Of a DNA stretch of 64,000 nt, positions 54,893-61,596 are shown piece by piece. Within the stretch, counting starts at the first letter, position 1, and each line of letters opens with the position of its first letter. The notes under the pieces were generated by a model. That model searched no databases. It saw nothing but the letters and a program-made list of their open reading frames with translations, and had not been told where the DNA came from. The translations under genes were made by a program, and so were the position numbers. Origin of the DNA: Acidobacteria bacterium UBA6911 (GTDB lineage: Bacteria > Acidobacteriota > UBA6911 > RPQK01 > JAJDTT01); NCBI GenBank assembly GCA_963579905.1, contig CAUZIZ010000006.1, positions 1,707 to 65,706 of the forward strand, given 5' to 3'.

Positions 54893-55740
54893 TCAATTCG
54901 ACGTTTCTCGCTATTCTTCGATCGGTACGCCTCCGGCCGCTGTTCTGCGGATGGACGATCAGCTTCTGGCTGTTGGCTGAGTTCGGGATGGGTCAGGCAG
55001 GCCGTGACAAAGTCCTGGAAGGGAACAGTCTGTTTACCGAGGGCCGATTCGAGGAAGCCCACGAAAAGTATCAGCAGGCACTTGAGGAAGATCCCTCTTC
55101 GGAAGTGATCCGCTACAACCTGGGGGATGCGGAATACAAGAAGAATCTATACGAAGAAGCGATTGAAGCCTTTTCCCAGGCTTCGCAGACGGAAGAGCCT
55201 GAGCTTCAGGCCAGAGCCTCTTACAATCTTGGAAATGCGCTCTATCGGCTGGGCAAGTTGGAGGACAGTATTCAAGCCTACAAGGAGGCGCTGAGAATCG
55301 ATCCGGGTGATACAGATTCCAAGCACAATCTGGAGTTCGTCAACAGCAAGCTCGCGGAACAAGAGCAGCAGAAGCAGCAAGATAAGCAGGAGAAACAGGA
55401 GGATAAGAAGGATCAGGACCAACAAGACCAGGAGAACCAGGATAAATCCCAGAATGAGCAGGGAAATCAGGATCAGAAACAGGATGGGGAGCAAGGACAG
55501 AATACTCCTGAGGAACAAGACTCCGATCAGAATCAGCCAGAACAGCAGAAGGATCAGGGCAAAGAGCAGGCCGAACAGCAGCAGGATTCAGGTTCGGAAC
55601 AGGCAGACTCTCAGGCGACTCCAAAGATGTCCAGGGAAGAAGCGGAACGGCTGTTGGAGGCGTTGAGCGAAAGCAACAATGAGTTGAAGACAAAGAAGCT
55701 CGAAACGAAGGGAAGAGTCCCAGTGGAGAAGGACTGGTAG
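54889..55740 (+). CDS. batC: BatC-like TPR-repeat protein with a Q/E/K/D-rich low-complexity tail
   Basis: TPR repeats in the N-terminal half. EQQKQQDKQEKQEDKKDQDQQ... low-complexity tail. Confidence 0.8.
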   Translation: MINSTFLAILRSVRLRPLFCGWTISFWLLAEFGMGQAGRDKVLEGNSLFTEGRFEEAHEKYQQALEEDPSSEVIRYNLGDAEYKKNLYEEAIEAFSQASQTEEPELQARASYNLGNALYRLGKLEDSIQAYKEALRIDPGDTDSKHNLEFVNSKLAEQEQQKQQDKQEKQEDKKDQDQQDQENQDKSQNEQGNQDQKQDGEQGQNTPEEQDSDQNQPEQQKDQGKEQAEQQQDSGSEQADSQATPKMSREEAERLLEALSESNNELKTKKLETKGRVPVEKDW

Positions 55741-55751
55741 GTCCGGATCGA

Positions 55752-57587
55752 ATGCATAGAGCAAGATTGTTCTCAGCCCACACGATTCCCAAGTTCTTCT
55801 TGCTTGCACTGATCGCTGGGACAGCGGCTGTTCCGCTTGCTGCCCAGGATCTGACGGTTAAAGCCTATTTGGATAGGACATCGGTCCGGTTGGGAGAGCG
55901 GTTCACTCTTTCCGTCGAGATTGCCGGTGGCGGATCCCGTTCTGCTGGGAACCCTGAGCTGCCCGAGATGAAAGGTTTTGCTACCTTCCTGGGCAGCGGA
56001 AGCTCACAGCAGATTCAACTTATCAATGGTCGAATGTCGTCGTCCAAGACGGTCAACTTCACTTTTCAGGCCACTCAGGTCGGCGATTTTGAGATCGGAG
56101 CGATCAAGGTGAAGACAAGCGGCCAACTTTACCAGACCAGTCCGCTGAAGATTCAGGTCACCCAGGTTTCGCAGCGCCAGGCTCCCACCTCAGGCCGGTC
56201 CGATCAAGACGCGTTTCTCCCGGAAGGGGATTTGTTTGTCCGAGCTGAGGTCAACAAGGAACGTGCCTATCAGGGCGAGGCTATTGTTCTGAGCTACAAA
56301 ATCTATACACGAGTCAACGTTTCCTCCTTCAGCATCTCGAAGCAGCCCGGCACCGCTGGGTTCTGGGTGGAAGAGGAAGCCCAACAAAAACAGCCCACGG
56401 CGTCTGCCCAGGTAATCGGTGGGAAGCAGTACACCGTAGCCGAGATCAGGAAGATGATCCTCTTCCCGACCAGTTCCGGTACCAAGACCATCAGCCCTCT
56501 AGTCCTCGAATGTGAGGTGAAGATTCCTCGTCGTTCTCGAGATCCCTTCAGGGGTTTTTTCAGCGACAGTTTATTTGGTGAGGTCAGGAGGAAGTTGGTT
56601 TCTTCCCAGGAGTTGAAGGTAGACATCCTCCCTTTTCCGGAGAGGGGAAAACCCGTCGACTTCAAGGGAGCCGTCGGTACGTTTTCGGTGAAGAGCTGGA
56701 TTGACAAGTCTGACGTCAAGGCACACGACGCCGTGACGCTGAAGGTCCAGGTTTCCGGAGCAGGCAATTTTTCCACCCTGAGCCAGCCTGAAGTCCCGAT
56801 TCCCGCAACCTTCGAGACCTACCCTCCCAAGTTAAGTCAGAAGTTGAAACGAACGGCACAGGGGCTGTCCGGGGAGAAGGTGTTCGAGTACGTGTTGATC
56901 CCTCGATCTGTGGGGTCTCAGCGGATCGGCCCGGTTAAGTTCTCCTACTTCGATCCCTCCTCCGCCAAATACAATCTAGCCCGTGCGGATGAGATCGTCA
57001 TCGATGTTGCTCCGGGGGAAGAGTCCCTTTCGGCGAGTCCAGGTATGTCCAAACAGGAATTGAAGCTGATTGGACAGGATATTCGCTTCATCAAGGGTGA
57101 TCCCGCTACCCTTCGCAAGGTCGGAGCTTCAATCTTCCAGCGCTCCACTTTCTGGCTTCCGTTGTTTTTCCCCTTGGTCTGTCTGATGGGCGCGGTAGGT
57201 TACAGAAGACATCTGGACCGCTTGAGTGGAGATGTGGCCTATGCGCGCGATCGACGGGCGGTGCGACTAGCTCGAAAGCGGCTTGGCGCCGCGCGCTCCT
57301 ACATCGGCGAGACAACGCAGCGAGAGTTCTTCGGAGAGGTAGGGAAGGCTCTGATGGGTTTTCTGGGCGACAAGCTCAACATTGCAGAAGCGGGAATGGT
57401 GAGTGACGAGGTCGGGAGAATGCTACGTCAGCGGGCGCTCCCCGAGGAGATCGTCGAGCGCTACTTCGAGTGCATGAGGACTTGTGATCTAAAGCGCTTT
57501 GCTCCATCTGACGCCAGCACCTTCGAGATGAAGGATCTCCTCGACAAGGCGGAAGCTGCGATGCTCGAAGTCGATAAATGCCTTTGA
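55752..57587 (+). CDS. batD: BatD-like (oxygen tolerance) protein
   Basis: 611 aa with a signal peptide and a C-terminal TM helix. Operon position. Confidence 0.8.
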   Translation: MHRARLFSAHTIPKFFLLALIAGTAAVPLAAQDLTVKAYLDRTSVRLGERFTLSVEIAGGGSRSAGNPELPEMKGFATFLGSGSSQQIQLINGRMSSSKTVNFTFQATQVGDFEIGAIKVKTSGQLYQTSPLKIQVTQVSQRQAPTSGRSDQDAFLPEGDLFVRAEVNKERAYQGEAIVLSYKIYTRVNVSSFSISKQPGTAGFWVEEEAQQKQPTASAQVIGGKQYTVAEIRKMILFPTSSGTKTISPLVLECEVKIPRRSRDPFRGFFSDSLFGEVRRKLVSSQELKVDILPFPERGKPVDFKGAVGTFSVKSWIDKSDVKAHDAVTLKVQVSGAGNFSTLSQPEVPIPATFETYPPKLSQKLKRTAQGLSGEKVFEYVLIPRSVGSQRIGPVKFSYFDPSSAKYNLARADEIVIDVAPGEESLSASPGMSKQELKLIGQDIRFIKGDPATLRKVGASIFQRSTFWLPLFFPLVCLMGAVGYRRHLDRLSGDVAYARDRRAVRLARKRLGAARSYIGETTQREFFGEVGKALMGFLGDKLNIAEAGMVSDEVGRMLRQRALPEEIVERYFECMRTCDLKRFAPSDASTFEMKDLLDKAEAAMLEVDKCL

Positions 57588-58447
57588 GTCAAGATCGAGC
57601 AGTGAGCATGGGGTGTCCGAATACGGCAACGAGCAGGCTGTTGCGGGCTCATGGTGGTCGGGTTTTGAGGGCTCCAGCTAGTTGGTTGGTCCGAGCTGGC
57701 CTACAAGGGCTGGTACTGGTAATCCTGCTGCTGGGAACGGCTCTGGGGCAGGACCAGCATCAGCTATTCGGGCAGGCGAACCGTTTCTACGAGGAGGGAG
57801 CTTTTGATCGGGCCCTCAGTGGCTACCGGGAAATCGTGGCGCAGGACTATGAGAGCGGACCCCTCTACTTCAATATCGGGAACTGCTATTACAAGTTAGG
57901 CCAGATCGGTGAGGCGGTGCTCTTCTACGAGCGTGCTCGTCGATTGATCCCGGGCGACGAGGATCTAGAGGCCAATCTGGCCCTGGCCAATCTGAGGGTG
58001 GTTGACAAGATTCCGGAGCTTCCCGAGTTCTGGCCAATCAAGGTCGCTAATGCTCTCAGCAACTTTCTTCCGAGACCGGTGCTGATCGGTGTCACCCTTT
58101 CTCTCTACTTTATCTTCATCGCTTCGGTCATTCTGAGGACTTTGGCCCGAAGAAGTGCTGTGCGGTCGGTGGGTGGCAGATCAATGATTCTGAGCGGAGC
58201 TTTGCTGCTTCTATTCGGTCTGTTTCTGGTGGCCCAGATCCGGCAGGCGCAAGAGCACAACCACTCAGTTATCATGGTTCCAACAGTCCACGTGATGAGT
58301 GCTCCGGGAGCCGAGGGAGTGGAGGTCTTCACCCTACACGAAGGTACCAGAGTCAGGATCGATCAGACTTCGGGGCTGTGGGTTGAGATTGTCCTGTCCG
58401 ACGGAAACGTAGGGTGGCTCAAAGCTGAGACGTTGGAAGTCATTTGA
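57578..58447 (+). CDS. batE: BatE-like TPR + C-terminal SH3b protein
   Basis: TPR at the N-terminus, TM helices, and an SH3-like end (VEIVLSDGNVGWLKAETLEVI). Confidence 0.75.
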   Translation: MPLSQDRAVSMGCPNTATSRLLRAHGGRVLRAPASWLVRAGLQGLVLVILLLGTALGQDQHQLFGQANRFYEEGAFDRALSGYREIVAQDYESGPLYFNIGNCYYKLGQIGEAVLFYERARRLIPGDEDLEANLALANLRVVDKIPELPEFWPIKVANALSNFLPRPVLIGVTLSLYFIFIASVILRTLARRSAVRSVGGRSMILSGALLLLFGLFLVAQIRQAQEHNHSVIMVPTVHVMSAPGAEGVEVFTLHEGTRVRIDQTSGLWVEIVLSDGNVGWLKAETLEVI

Positions 58448-59030
58448 GTATCTTGATAGTGGATGGACGCACAATTCGCGCTCTCCCGACCCTGAAATTT
58501 CATGGGATAGGAAATCATGCAGAAGCAGCCGTTTGACAGAGCCGTGACTGCGAAGGAGTGGTACCGGCATACCGATGCCGGAAGGCAGTGACCCGTGGAC
58601 CTTCTTCCTATGGACTCACCACATGTCCCGATCGATGATCGGGTCCCGCTCCCTCACGGTCACGGCTCTGTATGCACGCCGAAGCAACCGCGCGGCGGGA
58701 TCTTAACCCTTCAAAGCTCCAAGGGCTTTTGCGACACGCTCTATTGTGGATCATTCGAAGTTTTCTTATCGAATTGGGCCAGCGTTTCCTGGAGGCGGGA
58801 CTAACCTGAACCTTCAACCACGAGGAAGCGAAGCAACATTCGCTAGTTGACAGAGCCGTGACTGTCAGGGAGCGGGGCCCGACGGGGCCCATACCCCCCG
58901 ACGCTTCCAGGTTGCAGGGGGTTGCTAGCAATGATCATGGCAGAGACGGTACAAGTTTCTTTCTTAAATGGGGCCAGTACTTCCTGGGGGCCTTACTAAC
59001 CTGAAATTTCGACGTGAATGATCCGAAACG
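58448..59030. repeat. Mosaic repeat island F: S copy (58535-58671), H(-) 58757-58815, diverged S-like 58849-58949, H(-) 58951-59011
   Basis: Same modules as islands D and E. The arms of the S copy pair with two T-G (G-U) wobble positions. Confidence 0.8.
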
Positions 59031-59308
59031 CGTGCTCTTGCCCTTCGCTTGGGCTTACAATAGGCAACGAGCTACCCTGGGTTCCGTGTGCAACCCCGAC
59101 GTGATTGAGGTGGTACCTAGGAGTGTGGAAGCATTCCATGTTGTACCTTTTTCGGGGCGAAGAACCTGCTTCCGATTCACACCAGAGTAGCTCGTTACGG
59201 TAGCAGCGGACCCTGGAAGCTCAGAGAACGTGAGGGGGAACCGGGGAGATGGTTCTTATCCCCCGCGATCTCTGGCTTCCTGGTTCGCTACTCAGCTATG
59301 TCTGCCCA

Positions 59309-59830
59309 TCAGACGCCGCCACCATCATCGACTACATCCGGTTCTGGCGTGTCGGTAGGCGTGTGCAGCAGTCCCAGCGCCGAGAAGGCGTGGATGACGG
59401 GACGAAGTTTAGCCGCAGCCTGAAGTCGCTCCATTTTTGCGAGCTGGTCGTCATCCAGCATGTCGCAAAACGCCTGTTGGTAAGCCGCGTGGCATCTGCG
59501 GACCTCCTGCTTGACACCGTGGATCTCGATCACCAGGTCGCCGACGAGTTCACTCGAGGGCGGATCCTGGGACAGCGCTTCCTTGAGTGCCGCTTTGAGT
59601 CTCTTCAAGAGTTCGTGTCTCGGTGCAACGCACTCCCGCAGGTCCTGCCTCAGTTCGATGAAGCGAGCCACTTGATCGGGCGACATATCCAGGTAACGCA
59701 CCATGATGCGTACGGGCTTCGGAATGTCGGTTCCATCCTCAGGGGGCTCGGTCTGGCCAAGCAGAGACAGGCTCATCATGCAGATTGCCGCCCATCCGAT
59801 TGTCGAATCACGAAAGAATTGCTTATTCAT
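59309..59830 (-). CDS. Periplasmic Spy/CpxP-like (LTXXQ-variant) protein, paralog 2
   Basis: Signal peptide; helical; MSPDQ / LDDDQ motifs. Confidence 0.6.
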   Translation of the reverse strand: MNKQFFRDSTIGWAAICMMSLSLLGQTEPPEDGTDIPKPVRIMVRYLDMSPDQVARFIELRQDLRECVAPRHELLKRLKAALKEALSQDPPSSELVGDLVIEIHGVKQEVRRCHAAYQQAFCDMLDDDQLAKMERLQAAAKLRPVIHAFSALGLLHTPTDTPEPDVVDDGGGV

Positions 59831-59874
59831 TGAAATGATCTCCTTGTATTCTTGATTTCACCGTTTAGTAACAC

Positions 59875-60342
59875 TCACGGACGACGGTCAGTCGGGGGCT
59901 GGAAACGTCGTCGGTTCTGATCGCGACTAGTCTGCTGTCGCCTTCGCAGGCGCTCCAACCTGACGATCTGCTCCTTCGTGAGCTTCCTCTTGATTCGGAC
60001 CGCGAGAATCAGTTGCGCGCGCTTGATCTTCCTCTCTAGGTCCAGAACCTGATCCAACTGAGCGAGTAGCTCGTCATCGTTGGTCTCAGGTTCTCTCATC
60101 AGGGTGGCCAGTTTTTCCACTGTTCCCTGAAGTTTCCACCGCAACGACGTGAACTCGGATTGGGCGCGTTGTGCTTCCCCAATCATGTATTCCCTTTGTT
60201 CCTCCGTCAGTTGCAGGGCTCGCTGGTGACGCATGATCAGGTCCGGCCGTACCAGAAAGCGCTCCAGCAAATCGGGAGTAGGATCTTGTGCCAAGACCCC
60301 ACCCAACTGAAGAATGATAATTATTGCGACTAGTTTCCTCAT
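59875..60342 (-). CDS. Periplasmic LTXXQ-motif (Spy/CpxP/ZraP-family) protein
   Basis: Signal peptide; LQLTEEQREYM and KLTKEQIVRLERL LTXXQ motifs. Confidence 0.7.
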   Translation of the reverse strand: MRKLVAIIIILQLGGVLAQDPTPDLLERFLVRPDLIMRHQRALQLTEEQREYMIGEAQRAQSEFTSLRWKLQGTVEKLATLMREPETNDDELLAQLDQVLDLERKIKRAQLILAVRIKRKLTKEQIVRLERLRRRQQTSRDQNRRRFQPPTDRRP

Positions 60343-60394
60343 TTCCCCCCCCCTTGGTTCCCCGCCGCTGACGTCTGCATACTCCTAAGCCCTC

Positions 60395-60763
60395 CTACCA
60401 TGTGCTCTCTCCAATCCAGACGGTGGCTCCGGTTACGAGCTTGGGAAGTGTCGTCACCAGTTGGTCATCTGGAACGTCCAACAGGAAGGTAGTAGGGGAC
60501 TGCCAATCGTACAGTGCAGCCGTGGACTCCAGTGGCAGCGCAGCCGGCGGACGCGTAAATTCCAGCAGGAGCGGTGCGCTGGCCACCAGAAGTAAGACCA
60601 GTGCAACTGCAGCCGAGTAACGAAACACGGGGAGCATGTATTGCCAGCGAGAAGCACGAGGAGCATTCAACACCTCATGGAAGGAAGGAGTCTGAATCTC
60701 GTCCTCTTCCCGGAGCTGCTTGAACAATTGCTCGATTTCGGTGTCGTCCCACTTAGTGGTCAT
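60395..60763 (-). CDS. Membrane-anchored anti-sigma factor (putative)
   Basis: Overlaps the sigma-gene stop by 11 nt. Single TM helix. 122 aa. Confidence 0.6.
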   Translation of the reverse strand: MTTKWDDTEIEQLFKQLREEDEIQTPSFHEVLNAPRASRWQYMLPVFRYSAAVALVLLLVASAPLLLEFTRPPAALPLESTAALYDWQSPTTFLLDVPDDQLVTTLPKLVTGATVWIGESTW

Positions 60764-61271
60764 GGTGTAGTCCTGATTTCTCGATTTCTTCCTTCAGCCT
60801 GTTCTTACCGCGATGGTAGTGCGTTCGCGCGGATCCCACCGAAACTCCCATCACCCCTGCTGCTGCTTCTACGGTGAGGTCGTGGTAGAAGACGAGCTCT
60901 AGTACCTGCCGCTGCCGTTGTGACAGATCGGAGAGGATCTGCTGCAGACGCGTTCGCAACTGAGATCGATAGATACTCTCTACAGAGGCCGGTCTGACCG
61001 TCGGCAGCTCGGTGGGGGCTACCTGTAGGTGTCGCAAGCTTCGAAGGAGCTTCCGCTTCGCCTTACTGGCAGTGTTGCGAACGGCTGAAAACAGCCAGGT
61101 CTTGAAAATGGATCGCTCCTCGAAGGAAGCACTTCTCTCCAAAACGTTGAGATAGACGGTCTGAAGCACGTCCTCCGCTTCGTACCGGTCTCCGTCGCAA
61201 CAGAAGATAGCCCAACGGTATGCCGACGTATGATGATTTTCTAGTAGCATTTTGAGCTTAGCCTGCTCCAT
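60753..61271 (-). CDS. ECF-subfamily RNA polymerase sigma-70 factor
   Basis: Sigma region 2 (YRWAIFCCDGDRYEAEDVLQTVYLNV) and region 4 HTH (LTVEAAAGVMGVSVGSARTHYHRGKNRL). Confidence 0.9.
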   Translation of the reverse strand: MEQAKLKMLLENHHTSAYRWAIFCCDGDRYEAEDVLQTVYLNVLERSASFEERSIFKTWLFSAVRNTASKAKRKLLRSLRHLQVAPTELPTVRPASVESIYRSQLRTRLQQILSDLSQRQRQVLELVFYHDLTVEAAAGVMGVSVGSARTHYHRGKNRLKEEIEKSGLHHDH

Positions 61272-61482
61272 TACTTTCAGAAATTACTCGACATCCACTG
61301 TCAACAGCATTAGTCCCATCAGCAAAGGTTTTATATGACACGTCTCCTTCAAATATATAGTGGTGGCTACACTTTCGGAGTCTAACCAGAGCCGCGATCG
61401 GGAACGCGATTCAATTGGCTAGTCCGGGGAATCGGTTTGAATTTGGACCGGCATAGGCCGACCAAGGTCCCACGCCCTACCG

Positions 61483-61560
61483 CGTGATCTTCGTAGGGTG
61501 GGCACTCCTGCCCGTCGTTTTAAACGACGGGCAGGAGTGCCCACCCTACGAAGATCACGA
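61483..61560. repeat. Perfect 78-bp palindrome (39-bp arms)
   Basis: CGTGATCTTCGTAGGGTGGGCACTCCTGCCCGTCGTTTT|AAAACGACGGGCAGGAGTGCCCACCCTACGAAGATCACG. The two arms are exact reverse complements of each other. Confidence 0.9.
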
Positions 61561-61596
61561 CTGATTAAGACATGATCCGCGTCCAATTCGGATAAA

